Below are positions 55,476 through 63,448 of a stretch of DNA of 64,000 nucleotides, piece after piece. A model generated the notes under the pieces. That model saw nothing but the letters and a program-made list of their open reading frames with translations. It made no database searches and was not told where the DNA came from. Every line of letters starts with the position of its first letter. The stretch's first letter is position 1. The stretch is from NCBI GenBank assembly GCA_963663525.2, contig CAXXHC010000001.1:2406525-2470524 (forward strand), read 5' to 3'. A program made the translations under genes and the position numbers. This DNA is from Myxococcota bacterium. GTDB taxonomy: Bacteria; Myxococcota_A; SURF-8; G963663525.

Positions 55476-56231
55476 ATGCTGACACGGCGAATCATTCCCT
55501 GCCTGGACGTGCGGGACGGGCGGGTGGTCAAAGGCATCCGTTTTCAAGCCCTGCGCGACGCCGGATGCCCGGAGGAACAGGCCCGATTGTACGAGGAACA
55601 GGGCGCGGACGAACTGGTGCTGCTCGATGTTTCAGCCACTCCCGAAGGCCGCAAGACGCAATACGAGACCGTGCGCAAGGTTAGGGAAGCGCTTTCGATT
55701 CCGCTTACCGTGGGCGGCGGCGTGCGCGAGGCCGACGATGCCGCCCGGCTGCTTGATGCCGGGGCGGACAAGGTTTCCATCAACACGGCGGCGCTGATGC
55801 GGCCTGAACTGCTTGCCGAAATGGCCCGGCGCTTCGGCAGCCAGTGCACCGTGCTGGCCATCGACGCCAAGGCCACGGGCGAGGGCGGCTGGCTCAACGT
55901 CGTGCGTTCGGGACAGAAAGATACGCGAAAAGACGTGCTCGAATGGGCCGTGGAGGCGGTGGAAACGGGCGCGGGGGAAATCCTGCTCACAAGCTGGGAC
56001 CGCGATGGCACCCGCAGTGGCTACGATCTCGATCTCGTGTGCGCGGTTTCGGAGAACGTCACCGTGCCTGTGATCGCGTCGGGTGGCGTCGATTCGCCGG
56101 AACATCTGTACGAGGGCGTGCAGGCGGGTGCGGATGCCGTGCTGGCGGCTTCGATTTTCCACGACGGGGATTATTCCGTGCGCGACATCAAACACTATCT
56201 TCAACAACGAGGCGTAGAGGTTCGTTTATGA
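55476..56231 (+). CDS. hisF: Imidazole glycerol phosphate synthase, cyclase subunit
   Basis: RIIPCLDVRDGRVVKG, ADKVSINTAA, GAGEILLTSWDRDGT. Confidence 0.95.
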   Translation: MLTRRIIPCLDVRDGRVVKGIRFQALRDAGCPEEQARLYEEQGADELVLLDVSATPEGRKTQYETVRKVREALSIPLTVGGGVREADDAARLLDAGADKVSINTAALMRPELLAEMARRFGSQCTVLAIDAKATGEGGWLNVVRSGQKDTRKDVLEWAVEAVETGAGEILLTSWDRDGTRSGYDLDLVCAVSENVTVPVIASGGVDSPEHLYEGVQAGADAVLAASIFHDGDYSVRDIKHYLQQRGVEVRL

Positions 56232-57499
56232 TTATTCCTTCCATCGACCTGATGAGCGGCCAGTCCGTGCAACTTATCGGCGGGCGCGACAAGGCCCTGG
56301 ACGCCGGAGACCCCATCCCGATCGCCGAAACATTCCGGCTTGCCGGGGAAATCGCCGTGGTTGATCTGGACGCCGCCCTGGGAAAAGGCGACAACCGCGA
56401 GACGATGCGAAAGCTGCTCGACGTGGCTCAATGCCGTGTGGGCGGAGGTATTCGCTCGGTGCGCGACGCTGTGGAGTGGCTGGACGCCGGAGCGCCGAAG
56501 ATCGTCATGGGCACCGCCGCCACGCCCGACGTGCTCCGGCAGCTTCCCGCCGAACGGGTCGTCGCCGCGCTGGACGCCTACAACGATGAAGTCGTTGTCG
56601 AGGGCTGGCGCAAGAAGACGGGGCGGACGATTTTCGAGCGCATGGAGGCATTGAAGGGGCTCGTCGGCGGGTTCCTGGTGACATTTGTCGAAAAGGAAGG
56701 CCGCCTGGGCGGTGTGGATCTCGAACGGGTGAAAAAGCTTGTGGACGCCTCCGGCCATGCGCGGCTGACCGTCGCCGGAGGCATCACCACGGCGGAAGAG
56801 GTCGCGGCGGTGGATCGGCTGGGCGCGGATGCGCAGGTCGGCATGGCGCTGTACACGCAAAAAATGGACTTCGCCGAGGCTATCGCCGCTCCGATGCAAT
56901 CCGACCGTCCCGACGGGTTGTGGCCCACCGTCGTCACCGACGAAAGCGGCGTGGCTCTGGGGCTTGTCTATTCCGATCTCGCCAGCCTGAAAGAGGCGGT
57001 GAAACGGCGTATGGGCGTGTACCATTCCCGTTCGCGCGGCCTGTGGGTCAAGGGACTGACCAGCGGAGCCACCCAGGAGTTGCTACGCATCGATCTCGAT
57101 TGCGACCGCGACGCCCTACGCTACGTCGTGTGCCAGCGCGGAGAAGGGTTCTGCCACCTCGATACCCGCAGTTGCTGGGGCGAAACGGGAGGATTGGGCA
57201 AACTGGCCCGAACGCTCGCCGCTCGCCGCGATTCCGCCCCGGAAGGCTCGTACACGAAACGCCTGTTCGACGATCCGGTGCTGCTGTCGAAAAAGCTCGT
57301 CGAGGAAGCGCGCGAGCTGGCCGAGGCCGAGACGCCGGAAGACGTCGCCTGGGAGACGGCGGACGTGTTGTATTTCGCTTTTGCGGCCATGGCCCGTTCC
57401 GGGGTCGCGCTGGAAGACGTGGAAAAGGTGCTGGATCGCCGCTCGCTCAAACTCACCCGAAGGCCGGGAGACGCCAAGGACGAAGAGGAAACCCCATGA
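56228..57499 (+). CDS. hisA: Triple fusion: ProFAR isomerase (HisA) plus PR-AMP cyclohydrolase (HisI) plus PR-ATP pyrophosphohydrolase (HisE)
   Basis: ATG at 56228 (ATGA overlap with hisF). MIIPSIDLMSGQSVQL...VGGGIRS...VAGGITT (HisA). DLDCDRDALRYVVCQRGEGFCHLDTRSCWG (HisI). GSYTKRLFDDP...ETADVLYFAFAAM (HisE). The 128-aa N-extension in the ORF track overlaps hisF and was rejected. Confidence 0.85.
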   Translation: MIIPSIDLMSGQSVQLIGGRDKALDAGDPIPIAETFRLAGEIAVVDLDAALGKGDNRETMRKLLDVAQCRVGGGIRSVRDAVEWLDAGAPKIVMGTAATPDVLRQLPAERVVAALDAYNDEVVVEGWRKKTGRTIFERMEALKGLVGGFLVTFVEKEGRLGGVDLERVKKLVDASGHARLTVAGGITTAEEVAAVDRLGADAQVGMALYTQKMDFAEAIAAPMQSDRPDGLWPTVVTDESGVALGLVYSDLASLKEAVKRRMGVYHSRSRGLWVKGLTSGATQELLRIDLDCDRDALRYVVCQRGEGFCHLDTRSCWGETGGLGKLARTLAARRDSAPEGSYTKRLFDDPVLLSKKLVEEARELAEAETPEDVAWETADVLYFAFAAMARSGVALEDVEKVLDRRSLKLTRRPGDAKDEEETP

Positions 57500-58770
57500 A
57501 GACCGCACGCTTGCGCCGAATTTCGCCCGATCGTTTGCCCTCGATTCTGCGCGATCCTGTGGACGCCGAAACCTTGACTTCGGCGTCTCGTATCGTCGAG
57601 GACGTCCGGGCGCGCGGGGATGAAGCCCTGATCGAGTACGCCCGACGCTTGGACGACCTGAAATCCGGCGCGTCCCTGCTGCTCTCGCGTGCCGAATTGC
57701 GCGCCGCCTTCGAAAGCCTCGATCCCAAGGTGCGGGATCTACTCGAACGCATGAAAAAGCGCATCGAAACCTTTGCGTTCTCGCAACGCCAATGCCTTCT
57801 GGAAAGCACCGTGTCCTTCGAAGGAGGATGCGCCGGGCATCGGGTCACGCCGGTGGATACGGCGGGCTGCTACGGTCCCGGCGGACGTTTTCCGCTGCCG
57901 TCGTCGATCCTGATGACCACCGTCACGGCGCGTACCGCAGGCGTGCGGCGGGTGATCGCCGCCTCTCCGCGCCCCACGGTCGAAACCCTGGCTGCGGCCT
58001 ACGTCGGAGGAGCGGATATGCTGCTTGCCGCCGGGGGAGCCCAGGCCATCGCCGCGCTGGCGTATGGAACGGACGAAGTGCCCCGCTGCGACGTGCTCGC
58101 CGGTCCAGGCAATCGCTGGGTTACGGCGGCGAAGCTTTTGGTCTCCGGGCACGTAGGCATCGACATGCTGGCCGGACCGTCCGAGTTGGTGGTGTTCGCC
58201 GACGACGACGCCTGTGCCGAACTGGTCGCCGCCGATCTGCTGGCCCAGGCCGAACACGACCCCGACGCCCTGCCGATCCTGGTCTGTTTGGGTGAAAAAT
58301 TCGCGCGAAAAGTGGATGAAGAACTGACCCGGCAATTGGCGACTCTCAAAACCCGCGCCACCGCCGAAGCTGCTGTGTCCAATGGCTTCGCCGTGCTCGT
58401 CGAGGATTTTTCCACGGGCGTGGAGGTCTGCAACCGTCTTGCTCCGGAGCACCTGGAAGTCATGGTGCAGGAACCGGAACGAGTGGTGGACGATCTCGTG
58501 CATTTCGGTGCGATTTTCATCGGTTCGGACAGTGCCGAAGTACTGGGCGATTACGGGGCCGGTCCCAACCACGTCCTTCCCACCGGAGGTACGGCGCGTT
58601 TCATCGGCGGGTTGTCGGTGTTCCATTTCCTCAAGGTTCGCACTTGGATGCGCATCGACGATCCCCACGCTTCGGCCAAGCTACTCGACGATGCCGCCGC
58701 GCTGGCGGACATCGAGGGACTCGCCGGTCATGCCAGGGCCGCCCGTTTTCGTCGGAAAAAGCTGGGGTAA
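57496..58770 (+). CDS. hisD: Histidinol dehydrogenase
   Basis: ATG at 57496 (ATGA overlap with the upstream gene). 424 aa. GPGNRWV, AGPSE, QAEHDP and HVLPTGG motifs. Confidence 0.93.
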   Translation: MKTARLRRISPDRLPSILRDPVDAETLTSASRIVEDVRARGDEALIEYARRLDDLKSGASLLLSRAELRAAFESLDPKVRDLLERMKKRIETFAFSQRQCLLESTVSFEGGCAGHRVTPVDTAGCYGPGGRFPLPSSILMTTVTARTAGVRRVIAASPRPTVETLAAAYVGGADMLLAAGGAQAIAALAYGTDEVPRCDVLAGPGNRWVTAAKLLVSGHVGIDMLAGPSELVVFADDDACAELVAADLLAQAEHDPDALPILVCLGEKFARKVDEELTRQLATLKTRATAEAAVSNGFAVLVEDFSTGVEVCNRLAPEHLEVMVQEPERVVDDLVHFGAIFIGSDSAEVLGDYGAGPNHVLPTGGTARFIGGLSVFHFLKVRTWMRIDDPHASAKLLDDAAALADIEGLAGHARAARFRRKKLG

Positions 58771-58775
58771 AGGGA

Positions 58776-59759
58776 TTACGCCGTTCCGTCGCCGGAGATC
58801 GGACCGTACCGTTTCGCCAAAAAACGCACCAACTCGGCCATGTCGTCGGGAAGATCGGACTCGAAGCGCAGCGCCTCGCCGGTACGCGGATGCACGAATC
58901 CCAGCGTCTTGGCGTGCAGCGCCTGGCGCTTGAGTTTCGCCACCGCTGCGCGCAGGTCGGGTTCGGGCAGGTGTTTCGCGCGTCGGGGATGGGTGTAAAT
59001 CGCATCGCCGACGATGGGCAGTCCCGCGTCGCTGAAATGCACGCGAATCTGGTGGGTGCGTCCGGTTTCCAGGCGCGCCGCCCCGTAGCCGATCGGACCG
59101 AAGCGCGCGAACCAGCGCCAGTGCGTTACTGCGTGCTTTCCTTTGCTTTGCGTGGATGTGAACCGTTTGCGGTCGCCGGGATGGCGTGAGATCGGGCGGT
59201 CGAACGTGCCCCGGTCTTCGTTGGGGCTGCCGAAGGTCAGCAGGTGGTATTCGCGCTCGATGCTGTGCACGGCGAACTGCTCGGACAACCCCGCGTGGGC
59301 GTCGTCGTTTTTTGCCACCACCAGCAGGCCGGAGGTGTCTTTGTCGATGCGGTGCACGATGCCGGGCCGAAGCACGTCGCCGATGCCCCGCATGTCCGCG
59401 CAGTGAAACAGAAGCGCGTTCACGAGGGTGCCGTCCGGGTTGCCCGCCGCCGGGTGTACGACCATGCCCTCCGGTTTGTCGATGACGATCAGGTCGGCGT
59501 CTTCGTAGACAACCTCAAGCGGAATGTCCTGGGGAGCGACCTCGGCGCTTGTAGGGGCTGGAGGCGCGTACTCCACCACGTCGCCCGCCCGGAGTAGGTA
59601 AGAAGGCTTTTCGAAACGTCCGTTGACCGGACAGCATTGTTTTTGAATGTGGGTCTGAACCCGGTTTCGGCTTGTCCCGGTTTTGCGCGAAACGACTAGA
59701 TCCAGCCGCTGGCCTTCGTCTTGTTCGGATGCGACGAAGCGGGTGAGAGGGCGGGACAA
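58776..59759 (-). CDS. rluD: 23S rRNA pseudouridine synthase, RluA/RluD family (S4 domain plus catalytic domain)
   Basis: HRIDKDTSGLLVVAKN catalytic-Asp motif. N-terminal S4-like RLDLVVS. Confidence 0.9.
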   Translation of the reverse strand: MSRPLTRFVASEQDEGQRLDLVVSRKTGTSRNRVQTHIQKQCCPVNGRFEKPSYLLRAGDVVEYAPPAPTSAEVAPQDIPLEVVYEDADLIVIDKPEGMVVHPAAGNPDGTLVNALLFHCADMRGIGDVLRPGIVHRIDKDTSGLLVVAKNDDAHAGLSEQFAVHSIEREYHLLTFGSPNEDRGTFDRPISRHPGDRKRFTSTQSKGKHAVTHWRWFARFGPIGYGAARLETGRTHQIRVHFSDAGLPIVGDAIYTHPRRAKHLPEPDLRAAVAKLKRQALHAKTLGFVHPRTGEALRFESDLPDDMAELVRFLAKRYGPISGDGTA

Positions 59760-59761
59760 TT

Positions 59762-60028
59762 CTACCAGATCGGCGTTTTGATGTGGGATTTCGGCTTGAT
59801 GATGATATCGATCAAGGCCCGTTCGAAGTAGTTGGTATCGGCCCGCAAATCCGGGCTGACCCTGGCTTCGTACAGTTCGCGGCCCTCGGTGATTTCCTCT
59901 TCCATCTCCTTGAAAAACGTGTCGTTTTTCAGGCCGAGCACGATCTTGTCCTCGTTGTAAAGTGCCAGGTCGGACGCGATGGCGCGCGCCAGCCTGCGAG
60001 CCGCTTCGGGACGATCGATCATCGCCAT
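59762..60028 (-). CDS. Hypothetical 88-aa protein, tightly coupled upstream of rluD
   Basis: ATG at 60028. Stop lies 2 nt before the rluD start. Helical, charged sequence. No family recognised. Confidence 0.6.
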   Translation of the reverse strand: MAMIDRPEAARRLARAIASDLALYNEDKIVLGLKNDTFFKEMEEEITEGRELYEARVSPDLRADTNYFERALIDIIIKPKSHIKTPIW

Positions 60029-60192
60029 GTCAGACTACCTCCTCGTGAACCGCCCACGGTCAGGGGGGAGATTCTCGACTGGAAACGTTGGGGCAAACCG
60101 TGTGAAAATCATAGCAATCCGGGACGGGAAACGCAAAGAAATTCACGGTTTGGCGCAAAATGCGCGGAACGTCGCAGTAACACGGAACAAAC

Positions 60193-60225
60193 AAAAAAAC
60201 CCGCGAAGGCTTTCGCCTCGCAGGG
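60193..60225 (-). terminator. Probable terminator of rpsU
   Basis: Minus strand reads CTGCGAGGC-GAAA-GCCTTCGCGG followed by GTTTTTTT (one mismatch in the stem). Confidence 0.65.
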
Positions 60226-60255
60226 AAGGTTTGGGGAAATGAATGGGTGGGAGAA

Positions 60256-60474
60256 TCAGCCCCGGCGCATGTTTTTGCGGCGGCGGCGTTCGGCTTCTTC
60301 CCGTTTGCGTTTTTTCTTCACCGACGGCTTCTCGTAAAAGCGTCGTTTCTTCATTTCCTTGAAAACACCCTCCTGGGCCATTTTCTTCTTCAACACGCGA
60401 ATGGCCTTTTCGAGATCCTCGAAAACCTTGACTTCCAGAGAATGAGGACCGTGATAGCGTTCGTTTTTTTGCAT
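60256..60474 (-). CDS. rpsU: 30S ribosomal protein S21
   Basis: [40 protein letters not shown] is the typical S21 pattern. Confidence 0.93.
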   Translation of the reverse strand: MQKNERYHGPHSLEVKVFEDLEKAIRVLKKKMAQEGVFKEMKKRRFYEKPSVKKKRKREEAERRRRKNMRRG

Positions 60475-60502
60475 CTCTCTCCCGTTCTGCTATGATGCAG
60501 GT

Positions 60503-61624
60503 GTGTACGTATTGAAAAACCACACCCAAGTAGAAAAATTGAGATCCAAAACCTTGAATCCAACCGTGCAAACCTTGAAAACTTTCTCCCGCGAGCATGT
60601 CCGATCATATTTCGACGGGTGCGCCCGAACGGGGTCGGGGGCGTATATTGTCAAAGCGCTCGCTTTTTGTCAAGTTCTATTCCTTGTTGCGTGCAGTTCC
60701 TGGGAAGTGGAGTCGGGTGAAAAGCTGGAATACGGCTACCGACTGACCCAAGGGGCCGGAGAGGACGGGCAGTTTTCCTTTCATCCGCGCCAGCGCAAGG
60801 CCGTATTCGTCCGGCAGCTCGAAGAATCGAAGGCCTCCAAATCGACGTCCTACCAGCGCGAAATCTGGGAAGTTTTGCTGGACGATCCCGACGAGCCGCG
60901 CATGAAGGAAGTCGTGCCTTTGCGCGGGGCGTTTTATCCGTCCTACGCCGGAGATCGCGGCATCGTCGCGCTCAACGAGCGCTCCATGCTCGTGCATCTT
61001 AAGACGGGCGAAGACTTCGCCAACCGCATACGTCTGGAGGGATTGGCAGGAACGCCCTCGCGCCCCAAGGCCGATCCCACGGGCAAGTGGGTGGTGTTTT
61101 TCGCGTTGACGTTCGACCCGGAACATCCGGCCCGCGACGACTTGCGGAATTATCAACTGTTTCTCGTTCCGATCGAAGGCGGGCGCGTGCGCCAGCTTAC
61201 GACCTTCGACGAGCCGGGGAAAGTCATTGAACAGGCGTACTGGCGCACCGAGGACACCCTGCACGTAGTTTACAGGCTCGACGACGCACGGGGCCGGACC
61301 ATGTACCGAGTCGAACGTCTGAACGTGCATACGGGAGATCAGCGGCTCGCCTTGTTTACGGACTTCCACTACAAGGTTTACTTGTCGCCTTCCGAACGGT
61401 TTTTCGTGACGGGCGGGGACGAGTTCAACCAGCTGAGCTTTTATAGCCGAAACACGAAAATAGCCAAGAATTTCAAACTTCAAGGGATGCTCAGCGAAGC
61501 TTCGATCACTCCGGACGAAAAGTGGGTACTCACCGCGCACCTGTTCCAGTCCGATGGCGCCGTCAGCCTGCATTATCTTCCCGTGCCCGAGGTCATCGAC
61601 AGGCTTGCCGCAGTGCCGGAATGA
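60503..61624 (+). CDS. Putative lipoprotein with TolB-like beta-propeller features
   Basis: Lipobox VLFLVAC-SS about 60 aa into the ORF. PD40-like segments (DPTGKWVVFFAL, LFLVPIEGGRVRQLT, ITPDEKWVLTAH). True start is uncertain (GTG 60503, or TTG near 60566). Confidence 0.6.
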   Translation: MYVLKNHTQVEKLRSKTLNPTVQTLKTFSREHVRSYFDGCARTGSGAYIVKALAFCQVLFLVACSSWEVESGEKLEYGYRLTQGAGEDGQFSFHPRQRKAVFVRQLEESKASKSTSYQREIWEVLLDDPDEPRMKEVVPLRGAFYPSYAGDRGIVALNERSMLVHLKTGEDFANRIRLEGLAGTPSRPKADPTGKWVVFFALTFDPEHPARDDLRNYQLFLVPIEGGRVRQLTTFDEPGKVIEQAYWRTEDTLHVVYRLDDARGRTMYRVERLNVHTGDQRLALFTDFHYKVYLSPSERFFVTGGDEFNQLSFYSRNTKIAKNFKLQGMLSEASITPDEKWVLTAHLFQSDGAVSLHYLPVPEVIDRLAAVPE

Positions 61625-61842
61625 TTTTCCGGCGGTCCAGGGAAATCCTCAAAGAATGAACGCGAACGGATCGGAAAACGGATGAGGTGGTTTTCCAGGC
61701 AAATGCCATGGGTGCGCTCAAAGAAAAAGCCAGTGAAACCGAGAGGTTGTGAAAACTGAGGTTTTTTCTTGAGTTTCAGGCCTCCTTTTTGCTAAGTATG
61801 TTCTCGTCCTTTGCGGACGGTTCCCCCACGGGGCGAACGTGA

Positions 61843-61919
61843 TGCGGGGTGGAGCAGTCTGGTAGCTCGTCGGACTCATGATCCGAAGGTCGCAGGTTCG
61901 AATCCTGTCCCCGCTACCA
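61843..61919 (+). tRNA. tRNA-Met (CAU), initiator-like
   Basis: Cloverleaf folds by hand: acceptor 2-7/66-71, D stem GAGC/GCTC, anticodon stem TCGGA/TCCGA with loop CTCATGA, T arm GCAGG-TTCGAAT-CCTGT, encoded CCA. About 80% identical to E. coli tRNA-fMet as I recall it. Has A11:U24 and an unpaired 1:72. Confidence 0.9.
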
Positions 61920-61931
61920 CAATTTTCAGGG

Positions 61932-61968
61932 AAAACGGCGGTTGTTACAACCGCCGTTTTCTTTTTTC
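61932..61968 (+). terminator. Rho-independent terminator after the tRNA
   Basis: AAAACGGCGGTTG-TTA-CAACCGCCGTTTT followed by CTTTTTT. Confidence 0.9.
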
Positions 61969-62284
61969 GACACCTTCCCAAATCTTGCTCAAGCCTCCAA
62001 CAAGATCCCTCCCGCAAACGTGCAAATTGATGAAAAAACGTGCAGATTCGGAACCACTCGCATTGCGAGAGAAATTCGAGCTTTGCGAGACTTTTTGTCT
62101 AAAAAAGGCCGTTTTTGTTCAGTTGCTGTACACATTTTTCTCGGTTACCCTCGACTCGTTGCGAGAAAACCGGAGGTGACTTTGTACGGTTTTGCGTGAG
62201 TTTGCACGAGTTTTGCGGCATGAATCGAGCATGACGTGAGTTTGCGTAAAAATGCACGACTTTGCAGTATTTTCAGTAGATTTT

Positions 62285-62356
62285 GTAGGTCGGGTCATTG
62301 TTTTACCCGACATTTCCGAGCACCATGAATGTGTCGGGTGAAATCACCCAACCTTT
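62285..62356. repeat. Composite REP-like element (family A), near-copy of 23393-23465
   Basis: GTAGGTCGGGTCATTGTTTTACCCGACATTTCCGAGCACCATGAATGTGTCGGGTGAAATCACCCAACCTTTA. Confidence 0.85.
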
Positions 62357-62377
62357 AATCCACTTTTAGTTCACACT

Positions 62378-62474
62378 CGTAGCGGCGAGGCGTAAGCCCG
62401 CCGAAAAGGGAGATTGGAGGGCATAAATGCAACTTTCAAAAGCAAAGACGGCGGGCTTACGCCTCGCCGCTACG
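62378..62474. repeat. Perfect 25-bp inverted repeat with 47-nt loop
   Basis: CGTAGCGGCGAGGCGTAAGCCCGCC (62378-62402) and GGCGGGCTTACGCCTCGCCGCTACG (62450-62474). Confidence 0.9.
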
Positions 62475-62621
62475 AAAAAGAGGATTTTACAAAAGTTGCT
62501 CCATTTTGTGATACCTATCGCGTCGAGGGGTTGAAAAGCTGCTTTTAAGCATAATACTTTGCCGTTTTGTTTGGAAAGGCTCCGTTTTTTGAACTCAATT
62601 GCATTGCGTTTTGAAGGGGGC

Positions 62622-62649
62622 TTGACAGTCGTTCGAAACGACTTATATT
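62622..62649 (+). promoter_or_regulatory. Sigma70-like promoter candidate upstream of hsp20, with a palindromic spacer
   Basis: TTGACA, 16 nt spacer, TATATT. The spacer contains AGTCGTT-CGA-AACGACT. A related unit TTGACG-16-TATCTT lies at 62719-62746. Confidence 0.35.
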
Positions 62650-62828
62650 TACATCCTATACCCTCATATCTATCTGATAATACAGATAAAAATCATAAAA
62701 AAATATTTTCTTGGGCGCTTGACGGAACGGAGAGGCGACTTATCTTTCAAACGTTGAAAGGGAATCCCGGTTGACGAAACGGTCAGCCGATCAAGCCGAA
62801 AGGCGGACTTATTCAAAGGAGGTGGATC

Positions 62829-63263
62829 ATGTTGGTACGATGGAACCCGATTTCGGAATTGGAGCGTTTTCGTCGCGATATGGACCGTCTGTTCGATACC
62901 CGCAACACGACCGAGGACGGCGAAAGCATCACGAACTGGACCCCGCGCGTCGATATCGTCGAAGCCGAAAAGTCCTACGAAGTGACGGTGGATCTTCCCG
63001 GCGTGGAAGCGAAGGACGTGTCGATCGACGTCGAAAACAAAATCCTGACGGTTTCCGGCAGACGCGAGGGCGAGAAGCTGGAGGAGAACAAAGCCTACCG
63101 GCGTCGCGAGCGGATCTTCGGACTGTTCAGCCGCACGTTCACGTTGCCCGAACACGTGGATGCCGAAAACATCAAGGCCAGCTACTCGAACGGCGTGCTC
63201 AAACTCAGCGTGCCGAAAAAGGAAGAAGTGCTCCCGCGCAAGATTCAGATCGAAGTGAACTGA
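62829..63263 (+). CDS. Small heat-shock protein (Hsp20/alpha-crystallin family)
   Basis: AAGGAGGTGGATC precedes ATG 62829. PRVDIVEAEKSYEVTVDLPGV...SYSNGVLKLSVPK alpha-crystallin domain. Confidence 0.93.
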   Translation: MLVRWNPISELERFRRDMDRLFDTRNTTEDGESITNWTPRVDIVEAEKSYEVTVDLPGVEAKDVSIDVENKILTVSGRREGEKLEENKAYRRRERIFGLFSRTFTLPEHVDAENIKASYSNGVLKLSVPKKEEVLPRKIQIEVN

Positions 63264-63342
63264 TGCGCAAACACAAGCCGGATTCTTCCGGACAAGGTGC
63301 GTGAAACATGCTCGGCGCGATGTGTGCCGGCATGAGAAGGCA

Positions 63343-63378
63343 GACGGTCGGCGACAAACGCCGACCGTTCGTTTTTTG
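63343..63378 (+). terminator. Rho-independent terminator of hsp20
   Basis: ACGGTCGGCG-loop-CGCCGACCGT followed by TCGTTTTTTG. Confidence 0.85.
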
Positions 63379-63395
63379 TTCGGCTTGTTCCATGT

Positions 63396-63426
63396 ACGAA
63401 AAAGCCCCGCTGTGGAGCGGGGCTTG
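63396..63426 (-). terminator. Terminator of the RND transporter gene
   Basis: Minus strand reads AGCCCCGC-loop-GCGGGGCT followed by TTTTTC. Confidence 0.75.
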
Positions 63427-63448
63427 AGAAACAAAGAATTCCAAAGGG

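Noticed and set aside
55844-56227. 128-aa N-terminal extension of the hisA-IE ORF, and the analogous 192-aa extension of hisD (56920-57495)
   Set aside because: The extensions overlap hisF and hisA-IE out of frame and are Arg-rich. Canonical N-termini begin at ATGs that form ATGA overlaps with the upstream stops.
62747-62828. ROSE-type RNA thermometer in the hsp20 5' UTR
   Set aside because: There is no U(U/C)GCU-like anti-SD segment or obvious hairpin sequestering AAGGAGG. This is not supported from sequence alone.
61920-62828. Integrated mobile element next to tRNA-Met
   Set aside because: No integrase, no direct repeat of the tRNA 3' end, and no coding genes. The region holds only dispersed palindromic repeats.
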